Shown: piece by piece, positions 8,370-17,162 of the stretch
Numbering within the stretch: position 1 is the first letter of the stretch
Layout of the letters: each line of letters starts with the position of its first letter
From: a bacterium
GTDB taxonomy: Bacteria > RBG-13-61-14 > DATKZS01
NCBI GenBank assembly: GCA_046484135.1
Contig: JAWOBU010000175.1
Span: 1 to 20,990, forward strand
Length of the DNA stretch: 20,990 nt
Direction: 5' to 3'
The notes under the pieces: model-generated
What the model saw: only the letters and a program-made list of their open reading frames with translations
Databases searched by the model: none
Told to the model about the DNA's origin: nothing
Program-made: the position numbers and the translations under genes

Positions 8370-9215
8370 ATGAAAAGCAAGATCGCGGACGCGATTGTTT
8401 TAGGTTATGAGCCGGTGGCCATTCTCCTTTCCGACGAGAAGCCGGAAGATGCCAAGCAGTTCAAACAGGACAAATGGGGCTGTGTCATGTTCATGCTGGC
8501 CGCGGCCGCCCGCGGCAAAGAGGCCGCCTTCGACCGGAAGACCTTCGGCTGCATGGGCGGAGGAGTCGGTCTTGGTTTTGGCAACCAGTATAAGAATTTT
8601 CCCGGCGGCGAAGACTGCTTCTGTTACTTCCTGTCATCCGGCAACCAGGAATGGGAAAAAGGCAAAGAGATAGCCGACCAGGTAAAGCCCTATATGCGCG
8701 AGCAGGCCTACGAGGACTTTCTGTACGGAGAAAGGTACATAAAGTCCCCCAAGCTGGTCAAGAGTTTTATCGAGTGCCTCCCCATAACCGATGTGCCTGC
8801 GGAGTACGTTGTCTTCAAGCCGCTCCGGAACGTGGACCCCGAGTCCGAAACCCCCGAGGTCGTGGTTTTCCTGGCCGATCCCGACCAGTTCTCCGCACTG
8901 GTGGTCCTGGCCAACTACGATAAGGAGCACAACGAAAACGTGTACATCCCTTATGCCGCGGGATGCCAGACCATTGCCCTGTATCCGTTCAAGGAGGCCA
9001 GGTCGGACAACCCCCGCGCAGTGGCCGGGCTTACCGACCTTTCCGCCCGGCTGGCCATAAAGCGACAGTTGAAAGAGGACCTGTTGACATTTGCCGTGCC
9101 GTACAAACGCTTCCTGGAGATGGAGGACAACGTGGCAGGGAGCTTCCTGGAGCGCGACACCTGGCAGGAGCTCATGAAGCTCAAGGCCCGGAAGCCCCCC
9201 AAGATAGAGGAGTAA
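8370..9215 (+). CDS. DUF169 family protein
   Basis: 281 aa with Cys motifs WGCVMFML, FGCMGGGVGLGFG and AAGCQTI, and PEVVVFLADPDQFSALVVLANY. AAGGAG RBS. Confidence 0.8.
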   Translation: MKSKIADAIVLGYEPVAILLSDEKPEDAKQFKQDKWGCVMFMLAAAARGKEAAFDRKTFGCMGGGVGLGFGNQYKNFPGGEDCFCYFLSSGNQEWEKGKEIADQVKPYMREQAYEDFLYGERYIKSPKLVKSFIECLPITDVPAEYVVFKPLRNVDPESETPEVVVFLADPDQFSALVVLANYDKEHNENVYIPYAAGCQTIALYPFKEARSDNPRAVAGLTDLSARLAIKRQLKEDLLTFAVPYKRFLEMEDNVAGSFLERDTWQELMKLKARKPPKIEE

Positions 9216-9318
9216 GGGAGCGGAGTTTAAGCGGCCGGATTTTTTAAGTGACTTCGGGTTCCGAATATGATATTAATTTTCAGACAGACAGCCGTGCAAA
9301 CTTTGGGAGGAGGAAAAC

Positions 9319-9951
9319 ATGGAAGACTTGAAAGAGCTGGTTAAGTCCGGAGACGCGGGCGGGACCGCCAACAAGGTGCAGGAGATGATTGACAACGGCG
9401 AGAACCCGGAAGCCATCATGAAGCAGGGCCTGATCCCGGCCATGGACGAGGTGGGCGACCTGTTTCAGAAGGGCGAGTTCTTTGTGCCCGAGATGCTGGT
9501 GGCGGCCCGTGCCATGCAGCAGGGGCTCAACGTAATCAAGCCCAAGCTGGTGGACGCGGGCATCGAGCCCATCGGCCGGGTGGTCATGGGCACGGTAAAG
9601 GGAGACCTCCATGACATCGGCAAGAACCTGGTCATCATGGCGCTGGAGGGCGCCGGCTTCGAGGTGGTGGACCTCGGCACCGACGTGCCTCCCGAGAAGT
9701 TCGTGGAAAGCATCAAGGAGAACAAGCCCCAGGTGGTGGGGCTATCCGCTCTGCTTACCACCACCATGACCGCCATGCGAGATACCATCCAGGCCATAAA
9801 GGACGCGGGGCTCCGCGACCAGGTCAAAATAATGATAGGCGGCGCGCCCGTCCGACAGGAGTTCGCCGACGAGATAGGCGCGGACTTCTTCGGACCCGAC
9901 TCCACCGCGGGCAGGAACTTCGCCCGCGACGCAGCAAGCGGAGAAGCGTAG
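9319..9951 (+). CDS. Corrinoid (cobalamin-binding) protein of a methyltransferase system
   Basis: 210 aa; N-terminal cap (AMDEVGDLFQKGEFFVPEML), DLHDIGKN (DxHxxG), SALLTTT and IGGAPV. GGAGGAGG RBS. Confidence 0.95.
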   Translation: MEDLKELVKSGDAGGTANKVQEMIDNGENPEAIMKQGLIPAMDEVGDLFQKGEFFVPEMLVAARAMQQGLNVIKPKLVDAGIEPIGRVVMGTVKGDLHDIGKNLVIMALEGAGFEVVDLGTDVPPEKFVESIKENKPQVVGLSALLTTTMTAMRDTIQAIKDAGLRDQVKIMIGGAPVRQEFADEIGADFFGPDSTAGRNFARDAASGEA

Positions 9952-9997
9952 TAGCCGATAACGACGCTTTTTCCTCCCGCGGATAGAAACCTGTACG

Positions 9998-10019
9998 TGC
10001 GAGCGACTTCAGTCGCGAT
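9998..10019 (+). repeat. REP-like palindrome TGCGAGCGACTTCAGTCGCGAT
   Basis: Perfect GCGACT-TC-AGTCGC core; near-identical to 1561-1582. Confidence 0.72.
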
Positions 10020-10067
10020 ATAAAAGCGCATTACGTCGCCACCGTCCGTTAAGTAAGGATAGTTGCA

Positions 10068-11414
10068 ATGGACGTGTCTTTCCCTTCCGACTTTTTGTTC
10101 GGCGCAGCAACCTCATCTTACCAGATCGAAGGGGCCCACGACCGGGACGGCAAGGGCGAGTCCATCTGGGACCGCTTCAGCCACATACCCGGCAAGATAA
10201 AAGACGGGACCACCGGCGACCTGGCCTGCGACCACTACTACCGCTACCAACGGGACGTGGACCTGATGAAAGAGCTGGGACATGAGGCGTACCGCTTCTC
10301 CATCTCCTGGCCCCGCGTGCTTCCCAAAGGACAGGGAAGGCCAAATACCGCGGGGCTGGATTTTTACTCCCGGCTTGTGGACGCACTGCTTGATGCCGGG
10401 ATTCAGCCGTTTGTAACCCTATACCACTGGGACCTGCCTCAGGCGCTCCAGGAAAAAGGAGGATGGTCATCCCGCGACATCGCCGGATGGTTCGCGGACT
10501 ACGCCAACCTCATGGCCCGAAACCTTGCCGACCGCGTCCAGCACTGGATCACCCTGAACGAGCCACAGATATTTTCCACCCTGGGCTACCTGCTCGGACA
10601 GCACGCCCCCGGGATCAACGACCCCGGCCAGTACTTCCGGGCCTCTCACTTTATAAACCTCGCGCACGGCCGCGCAGTGGAAGCCATCCGCGACGAGAGC
10701 GATATGGCCCGCATAGGCACCGTGCTCCAGCTTCCGCCGGTGCATCCGTCCACCGACTCGGACAAAGACGTGGAAGCGGCGCGGATAATGGACGGGTTCT
10801 TGAACCGCTGGTACGCAGAGCCCGTGCTTCTGGGAAGGTATCCCCAGGACATGCTCGATCTTTTCTCTCCGCTTGACCTGCCCGTCGAGGAAGGGGACAT
10901 GGAAGTGATTTACAAGCCCCTGGACTTTGCGGGACTGAACCTCTACACCCGGCTCTTCGCCTGCCATGACCCGGACACCCCGCTTCTGGAAAGCAGGATA
11001 GACTTCGGCCATCGTGTCCCCGGCTCCCGCTACACCGACTTCGGCTGGGAGGTCTATCCGCCTTCCATGTTCGAATCCCTTATGCGCTTCAAAGATGAAT
11101 GGGGAGACCCGGAGGTCTACATTACCGAGAACGGGAGCGCGGAAGCGGAACGGCCGGTAAACGGCGTGGTGGACGACAAGGACCGGATAGATTACCTGTC
11201 CTCTTACCTCTACGAGGTGGCCCGGGCCATGGACAAAGGGGTAAAGGTAAAGGGCTACTTTGCCTGGTCCCTGATGGACAACTTCGAGTGGTCGGAGGGC
11301 TTCACCAAGCGCTTCGGAGTCTGCCGTACCGACTTCGACACCCTGGAACGCACGCCTAAAAAGAGCGCCCTGTGGTATCGCGAGCTTATCGCGAACCGCG
11401 GCTTCCGGCTCTGA
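10068..11414 (+). CDS. GH1 family beta-glucosidase
   Basis: 448 aa; FGAATSSYQIEGA, YRFSISWPR, TLYHWDLP, TLNEP (acid/base), YITENG (nucleophile) and DNFEW. Confidence 0.96.
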   Translation: MDVSFPSDFLFGAATSSYQIEGAHDRDGKGESIWDRFSHIPGKIKDGTTGDLACDHYYRYQRDVDLMKELGHEAYRFSISWPRVLPKGQGRPNTAGLDFYSRLVDALLDAGIQPFVTLYHWDLPQALQEKGGWSSRDIAGWFADYANLMARNLADRVQHWITLNEPQIFSTLGYLLGQHAPGINDPGQYFRASHFINLAHGRAVEAIRDESDMARIGTVLQLPPVHPSTDSDKDVEAARIMDGFLNRWYAEPVLLGRYPQDMLDLFSPLDLPVEEGDMEVIYKPLDFAGLNLYTRLFACHDPDTPLLESRIDFGHRVPGSRYTDFGWEVYPPSMFESLMRFKDEWGDPEVYITENGSAEAERPVNGVVDDKDRIDYLSSYLYEVARAMDKGVKVKGYFAWSLMDNFEWSEGFTKRFGVCRTDFDTLERTPKKSALWYRELIANRGFRL

Positions 11415-11480
11415 ATTCCCGCTCTTTTTGCAAGAAGCTCCGGACAATAGAATTCAGTTTGGATGAAAGTGTAAAGACAC

Positions 11481-12815
11481 ATGGATTATGCCGAAGCCAT
11501 AAAGTACCTGGAATGGTTCACCAACTATGAGCGGGCCCTTAGATACCCGTATGACGGCTGGGCCATGAACCTGGAGCGGGTCTCGGCTGTCCTGGCTGAG
11601 CTGGGCTCGCCCGAACGGTCCTTGCCGGTGGTCCACATCGCGGGCAGCAAGGGCAAGGGGTCCACCGCGGCCATGATAGAGAGCATGGCCCGCAAAGCGG
11701 GCTACAAAACCGGTTTGTTCACCTCGCCGCACCTGGAAAGCTTCCGGGAAAGGATCAGGGTAAACGGCGAATGGGTGAATGAAGAAGCGGTAACAAAGTG
11801 GGTGGAAAGAATGGAACCCGCGGTGGACCGGGTCCATCAAACGCCGGGCCTCGGCTTTCTGACCTACTTCGAGATACTGACCGCGCTCGCCTTTGCCGTG
11901 TTCGCCGACGCAGAGGTGGACCTTGCCGTAGTCGAGGCCGGGCTGGGCGGCCGTTACGACGCAACCAACGTGTGCCTCCCGCTCATTTCCGTGCTCACCC
12001 CCGTGAGCATGGACCATACCGACATACTGGGAGATACCTTGACCGAGATAGCAACGGAAAAGTCCATGATCATAAAAGAAGGCAGGCCCGCGGTCATAGC
12101 GCCTCAGCCCGCGGAGGCCCTGGAGGTTTTCTCTTCCCGGGCGGCCGACGTCAAAGCTCCTTTGTACCTGGTCGAGGACGAGTATGATTGGAAGACCGAA
12201 AAGCAAGGCCTTTCCGGCCAGACCATGGAGCTTTCGGGTCGGAGAAGGCTTGCCGGCCTCGATCTTTCGCTGGCGGGCGCGCACCAGGCCATGAACGCGG
12301 CCACCGCCGTCCTGGTGCTGGACCTGTTGCCCGGACTTTCCGTTGCCGAGAGCGCCGTGCGGGAAGGGCTGTCCTCGTTGCAGTGGCCCGGCCGGTTCCA
12401 GCGGGTATCGGAGAGGCCGGACCTTATCCTGGACGGGGCCCACAACGCCTCTTCCGCGGCCTTTCTCCGCGACACCCTGCTTGAAACCTGTGCCGGCAAA
12501 AAGGTGACAGCCGTGTTCGGGCTGGGTGGAGATAAAGATGTGCGAGGCTTCTGCCGGGAGCTTGCGCCTGCGCTTTATGCCGCGGTCCTGACCCGCTCCC
12601 GGGCCCAGAAGGCCATGGACATGCAACCTTTTCAAGAAGCCCTGGCCGGCATACCCGGAGAAGTCCGCGAGACGCGCTCGGTGGGCGAAGCCGTGGAGCT
12701 CGCTTACAGCATTGCTTCGGAAAACGACGTGATCGTGGTTACCGGGTCCTTTTACGTGATCTCCGACTTTCTGGAATGGAGAAAGCAGCGCGTCTTTAAT
12801 CAGCGCCGGTTGTAA
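11481..12815 (+). CDS. folC: Bifunctional folylpolyglutamate synthase/dihydrofolate synthase
   Basis: 444 aa; HIAGSKGKGST P-loop, FTSPHL, EAGLGGRYDATN, WPGRFQ, DGAHN and TGSFY. Confidence 0.95.
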   Translation: MDYAEAIKYLEWFTNYERALRYPYDGWAMNLERVSAVLAELGSPERSLPVVHIAGSKGKGSTAAMIESMARKAGYKTGLFTSPHLESFRERIRVNGEWVNEEAVTKWVERMEPAVDRVHQTPGLGFLTYFEILTALAFAVFADAEVDLAVVEAGLGGRYDATNVCLPLISVLTPVSMDHTDILGDTLTEIATEKSMIIKEGRPAVIAPQPAEALEVFSSRAADVKAPLYLVEDEYDWKTEKQGLSGQTMELSGRRRLAGLDLSLAGAHQAMNAATAVLVLDLLPGLSVAESAVREGLSSLQWPGRFQRVSERPDLILDGAHNASSAAFLRDTLLETCAGKKVTAVFGLGGDKDVRGFCRELAPALYAAVLTRSRAQKAMDMQPFQEALAGIPGEVRETRSVGEAVELAYSIASENDVIVVTGSFYVISDFLEWRKQRVFNQRRL

Positions 12816-12823
12816 AACCCCGC

Positions 12824-13510
12824 TTACTTTTTGCCGGCATGTCTCTTCCTGTACTCGATGGGAGGCATACCCATGATCTTCTTGAACTCCCGGCAGAAAT
12901 AGGGTATGGAGAAAAAGCCGGACTGTCCGGTTACTTCGGCCAGCGGCTCGTTGGTGTGCTCCAGAAGGTGGCACGCCCTTTTGATGCGGAGCTCCTTTAA
13001 GTAGCCGATGGGAGTCAAGGAGTACATCTGTTTAAACCTCCGGCAAAAGTAAGAGGTCGAGATGCCGGCCACCGACGCTATCTCCTCCAGGGACATCTGG
13101 CGGTAGAAGTTCTCGTCCATGAACCGGCGGCCGGCTTCGATACCCTCGTCAGCCTTGCTTTGCTTTGCAAAAGCCTTCCGGCCCTCCCGGTCTTTGCCGG
13201 CCTTGGGCCGGTCCCTTGTCCTCTCAACAGGGGCGTCTTTGCCCTGGCCGGCGGGGTCTTTCTCCGGCTTTTCATCAAAAAAGAGAACCGGCACCTCTTT
13301 GATCTTCTCGATGGTCCTCTTTATCTCGTTCCGGCTTTGGGGGTCCACATTGTCCAGGATGACAAGATCGAAGTCTTTGTCGCTTTTCAGCAATCCCGCC
13401 AGCTCCGTCATGTTGCTGGCCATGGCAAGGTCTACTCCGTGGCCTGTCGGCTTGCGCTCCATTGTCCTGGCCTTTTCTCCCTCGTCCACGTATACCAGTA
13501 TCTTGGCCAT
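12824..13510 (-). CDS. AraC family regulator with truncated receiver-like N-terminus
   Basis: 228 aa; C-terminal double HTH (SLEEIASVAGISTSYFCRRFK...SGFFSIPYFCREFKK); N-terminal KILVYVDE...DFDLVILD. GGAGG RBS. Confidence 0.9.
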   Translation of the reverse strand: MAKILVYVDEGEKARTMERKPTGHGVDLAMASNMTELAGLLKSDKDFDLVILDNVDPQSRNEIKRTIEKIKEVPVLFFDEKPEKDPAGQGKDAPVERTRDRPKAGKDREGRKAFAKQSKADEGIEAGRRFMDENFYRQMSLEEIASVAGISTSYFCRRFKQMYSLTPIGYLKELRIKRACHLLEHTNEPLAEVTGQSGFFSIPYFCREFKKIMGMPPIEYRKRHAGKK

Positions 13511-13803
13511 AGAACCTCCTCTCCCCGGGAGTCAGTTGATGATCTGCTTCCTCGAACTGATGACCTCAGCCATAGACCGGCCTCCGGATATCTTTCCCCT
13601 CTCCCCTTTACGAAAGCGAAAAATATGCCCGCATCAATGGCGGCAGCACCGATTAGATGGCAGTATATTAGTAAACTATTTTCGAATCAAGTATAAAAAA
13701 AGATTCTCGACAGGCACTCCCCTTGACCGGTAAGAATAACTCATGCAAAACTCCCGTGCCAGCTTTACTTCTCGAAACAAGAGGCCCGGAGGGCATATTG
13801 GTT

Positions 13804-14745
13804 TTATCCTCTTCTCTCCGGCGCCATGGCGTCCCGGAGGCCGTCGCCCAGGAAGTTGAAGGCCAGCATGGTAAGGAAGATGGCCAGGCTGGGAAAGAAG
13901 ATGATGTGAGGATAAAACTGCATGGCGGTCCAGCCGTCCGAGGCCAGGGTCCCCCAGGACGACTTGGGAGGCTGAATCCCCAGCCCGATAAAAGACAAGG
14001 TACTCTCCGCCAGGATCACCACCGGGATGCGGAAGGTCAACGTTACTATCAGAGGCCCCCAGGTGTTGGGAAGGATATGATGAAGCACTATGCGCGGGTG
14101 GCCCAGTCCCAAAGAACGCGCCGCTTCAATATAAGTCTCTTCGCGAAGACGGAGGACCTCGCCCCGGATGAGCCGGGCAACGTACACCCAGCTCACCAAT
14201 GAAAGCGCAAGAAGAAGCGCCAGGTTGTCCGCGTTAAGCCATCTTTCCAACACGGACAGCCCCGTGCTTTCCAGCACCCCTTGCAGCCACTCCCGGTTGA
14301 TGCTCACATTGATGAGGATGATCAGTAAAAGGTCAGGAAAGGAGTAAACCACGTCCACGATCCGCATGAGCACGTTGTCCGTCTTTCCACCCACGTAGCC
14401 GGAGAAAGCCCCGTAGGCCGTGCCCAGCACCAGGCTCAAAAGCGTGGACACCACCGCCACCGACAAGGATATCCGGGCCCCGTAAATCATCCTGCTTAAA
14501 AGGTCCCGGCCCAGGAAGTCGGTGCCCATGGGATGCTCGAAAGTAGGGGACTCGAGTTTGCTCTCCCGATCCATCTCCTTGTAGCTGTAAGGAGACACCC
14601 ACGGCGCCGCTGCAGCGACCACCAGGAGAAAAAGAATGAAAACAAGGCTCGTCATGGCAGCCTTGTTGCGGGCGAGGCGGAACAGGACGAGACGCCGCGG
14701 GCCGGGCCGCCGGCGGGTTCGGGCGTCTTTTACCGAGACCTCCAT
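13804..14745 (-). CDS. Oligopeptide/dipeptide ABC permease (OppC/DppC type)
   Basis: 313 aa; HPMGTDFLGRDLLSRMIYGARISL, EAA loop YIEAARSLG, HILPN and AFNFLGDGLRDA. Confidence 0.94.
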   Translation of the reverse strand: MEVSVKDARTRRRPGPRRLVLFRLARNKAAMTSLVFILFLLVVAAAAPWVSPYSYKEMDRESKLESPTFEHPMGTDFLGRDLLSRMIYGARISLSVAVVSTLLSLVLGTAYGAFSGYVGGKTDNVLMRIVDVVYSFPDLLLIILINVSINREWLQGVLESTGLSVLERWLNADNLALLLALSLVSWVYVARLIRGEVLRLREETYIEAARSLGLGHPRIVLHHILPNTWGPLIVTLTFRIPVVILAESTLSFIGLGIQPPKSSWGTLASDGWTAMQFYPHIIFFPSLAIFLTMLAFNFLGDGLRDAMAPERRG

Positions 14746-14758
14746 TTCGTTCGTGTCT

Positions 14759-15730
14759 TTATCCGCTGACCCGGACCAGCACCTTAAGGGCGTCCGGCTG
14801 TTGGGCCGCGCTGAGAGCGGAAGCGGCCTCCTGCAAGGGGTATGTACCGCTAATCAGGTCCTTGACCTTGACGCGGCCGGCGGACAGGGCCTGCAAGGCC
14901 GGTGGGAAAGGACCGCACCTGGACCCCACTACCGTGATCTCGTCAACCACCACCCGGGAGAGGTCCACCGGAATATTGCCGGCCACCGTGCTCTTCTGAA
15001 CAATGGTCCCGCAGGGACGCACTAAGTCCAGGGCCGTCCTGAATCCCTCGGCCCGGCCGGTGACCTCGACCGCCACGTCGAACTTCGCCTCCGGGTCCGT
15101 GGTTTTCTCTACAAGATCGGAAGAGAAGCAGGTCTCGATGTTCTCTCCGGTAACCAGGGAGAGCTTCTCTTCGTGCCTGCCCGCCAGCACTACCCTCTCC
15201 GCAAAACCGGCCAGGACCCGGGCCGAAAGTATGCCCAGCTTGCCGTCTCCCACCACCACTATCCTTTTGCCAGCGAAGTCAACCTGCTCCAGTATCTCGA
15301 AACACGCGGCAACCGGCTCCACGAACACCGCGGTCTCGTCGTCCATGTTGTCGGGAACCATGTGAAGGTTGTGAATTGGCAAAGCAAGATACTCTGCGAA
15401 CGCGCCGTCGCGGTTTTGAATGCCCAGCACCTGCCGGTAAGGGCAATGCCTGGTAAGACCCTGGCGGCAGAAGGAGCACGAGCCGCAGTAGAGATTGATC
15501 TCGCCTACAACCCGTTTGCCGGCAAGTGCCGGGTCAGGGGAGCTCTCTACCACTCCCACGAACTCGTGGCCCGGGATGCCGGAAAAGCCCATGTAGCCCC
15601 TGGCAAGCTCGATGTCGGTCTGGCAGACGCCGGCCAGTAAAACCCGGACCAATGCCTCCGAAGGCCCGGGCAAAGGTTCGGGGACCTCCGTTACCTTCGC
15701 TCCCTGCTCGTTCAATATCAGCGCATACAT
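14759..15730 (-). CDS. Zinc-dependent medium-chain alcohol dehydrogenase
   Basis: 323 aa; GVCQTD, GHEFVG, structural Zn site CGSCSFC-x7-C and Rossmann VVGDGKLG. Confidence 0.93.
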   Translation of the reverse strand: MYALILNEQGAKVTEVPEPLPGPSEALVRVLLAGVCQTDIELARGYMGFSGIPGHEFVGVVESSPDPALAGKRVVGEINLYCGSCSFCRQGLTRHCPYRQVLGIQNRDGAFAEYLALPIHNLHMVPDNMDDETAVFVEPVAACFEILEQVDFAGKRIVVVGDGKLGILSARVLAGFAERVVLAGRHEEKLSLVTGENIETCFSSDLVEKTTDPEAKFDVAVEVTGRAEGFRTALDLVRPCGTIVQKSTVAGNIPVDLSRVVVDEITVVGSRCGPFPPALQALSAGRVKVKDLISGTYPLQEAASALSAAQQPDALKVLVRVSG

Positions 15731-15840
15731 GGCTTTTAATTCTAAATGCTGCGTATTCCGGATTCAACACATGCAGACGAGGCACGGGCGCCATTTTCCC
15801 CTCCCCGACAATCTCCCTCCGGTCCGGTCCGCCCTCAGGT

Positions 15841-16038
15841 TACAACCCGCCGAGCCCGGCATGGCCCCGGCTTCCCCGGAGACAATGCCTTTGTCTCCAC
15901 GGCGAAGAATTCGGGATAGGCCGACTGTTCCCCTTACATGTCGCAGTTCCTCGCTTTGTTGGCTGCCGGATAAAGGAAATGAAAATAGGCAAGGATGAAA
16001 AAAAGGCGCTCAAGGCCCTGGGCTATCTGAACGAGTAG
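15841..16038 (+). pseudogene. Collapsed sulfatase / alkaline-phosphatase-superfamily remnant
   Basis: One frame contains YNPP, HGEEFG, LHV and C-terminal DEKKALKALGYLNE*, in the order seen in bacterial sulfatases but within about 65 codons. Confidence 0.5.
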
Positions 16039-16067
16039 TCAGGCGGAGGTTTTTAAAGCAAATCTTT

Positions 16068-16096
16068 TTGACACCCGACCCCCGCGAAAGTATAAA
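16068..16096 (+). promoter_or_regulatory. sigma70-type promoter TTGACA-N17-TATAAA
   Basis: Consensus -35, 17-bp spacer and 5/6 -10, upstream of the WG-repeat gene. Confidence 0.7.
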
Positions 16097-16188
16097 ATAT
16101 TACGGAGCGGGAAACATCGTCTATACTTGTTCACAGGGATTTACATGACAGCAGGGACGATTTTTTTCATGATTTGTTACGGTGCTTG

Positions 16189-17112
16189 ATGATGAATCTT
16201 TTTGAAGAGCTTCCGGAGCTGTTTCCGGTCACAACCGGCGGCAAGTGGGGTTTTATCGACCGGCGCGGTTTCCTGGTGGTGAAGCCCCGCTTCGACTATG
16301 CCGAGGACTTCTCCGAGGGGCTGGCCCTGGTGATGGAGGGATTTCACTGCGGCTACATAAACGCGGCGGGCGACGTGGTAATCCCTGTGATGTTCGACAC
16401 TGCTCTTGGTTTTTCCGAGGGGTTGGCCGCGGTTTTCCGGGACGGCAGGGCCGGCTTCATAGACAAGATGGGCAAGTACTTTATAAGCCCGGAGTTCGAT
16501 ACCTGCGGCAACTTCTCCGAGGGCCTGGCGCCGGTGGAGCTCGGAGGCGGCAAGGGCTACATTGACAAGTCGGGCGAGCTGGTGATCCGGCCGCGCTACG
16601 ATTACGCCGGGGACTTCAGCGAGGGTCTGGCTCCGGTGCAGGCGGGCTCGCGGTTCGGCTACGTTGACCGGGAGGGAGAGCTCGCTATCTGGCCCAAGTT
16701 CGACTTCGGCCGGGAGTTTTCGGAAGGACTGGCCGCGGTGTGCCTGGACGGTCTTTACGGGTACGTGGACAAGAGGGGCGGGTTTGTCGTGTCTCCCTGC
16801 TACAGCGCGGGCGGGTACTTCTCGGAAGGTCTGGCCGCGGTGGAGACGGACCAAGGTTACGGCTATATTGATTACTCGGGCAGGTTTGTTATCCCGCCTC
16901 ATTACCAGGACGCCTATGATTTTTCCGAGGGCCTGGCAGGCGTCCAGATAAACGGCAAGTGGGGGTATATAAACCACCAGGGAAGGTTTATCATCCGGCC
17001 CCGCTTTGACGAAGCCTACGAGTTCCACTACGGCCTCGCCCTCATGAGGGTCGGAGACCGGGAAGGATACGTGGACCAGGCCGGCAACACCGTCTGGGAG
17101 CCCACCAGGTAA
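16189..17112 (+). CDS. WG-repeat (KWG) protein
   Basis: Eight 34-aa repeats (FSEGLA..V....K/YG[FY]I[DN]..G..VI.P.[FY]) at an exact 102-bp period from 16309 to 17023; the last reads FHYGLA. Start uncertain (about 16171-16192). Confidence 0.92.
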   Translation: MMNLFEELPELFPVTTGGKWGFIDRRGFLVVKPRFDYAEDFSEGLALVMEGFHCGYINAAGDVVIPVMFDTALGFSEGLAAVFRDGRAGFIDKMGKYFISPEFDTCGNFSEGLAPVELGGGKGYIDKSGELVIRPRYDYAGDFSEGLAPVQAGSRFGYVDREGELAIWPKFDFGREFSEGLAAVCLDGLYGYVDKRGGFVVSPCYSAGGYFSEGLAAVETDQGYGYIDYSGRFVIPPHYQDAYDFSEGLAGVQINGKWGYINHQGRFIIRPRFDEAYEFHYGLALMRVGDREGYVDQAGNTVWEPTR

Positions 17113-17162
17113 AGATTCGGATCACAAAATCAGGAGCTCTTTCCCGTCCTGGCCGGTTCTAA

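Noticed and set aside
13744..13761. sigma54 promoter TGGCACGGGAGTTTTGCA on the minus strand upstream of the AraC gene
   Set aside because: GG to GC spacing is 12 nt rather than the required 10.
16243..17112. CRISPR array or DGR template suggested by periodic TT(C/T)TCCGAGG repeats
   Set aside because: The period is exactly 34 codons within one ORF, and variation is largely synonymous in the fixed motif, so these are protein repeats.
17130..17151. Bidirectional terminator between the WG-repeat and esterase genes
   Set aside because: Only a short weak stem with a large loop and no U-tract.
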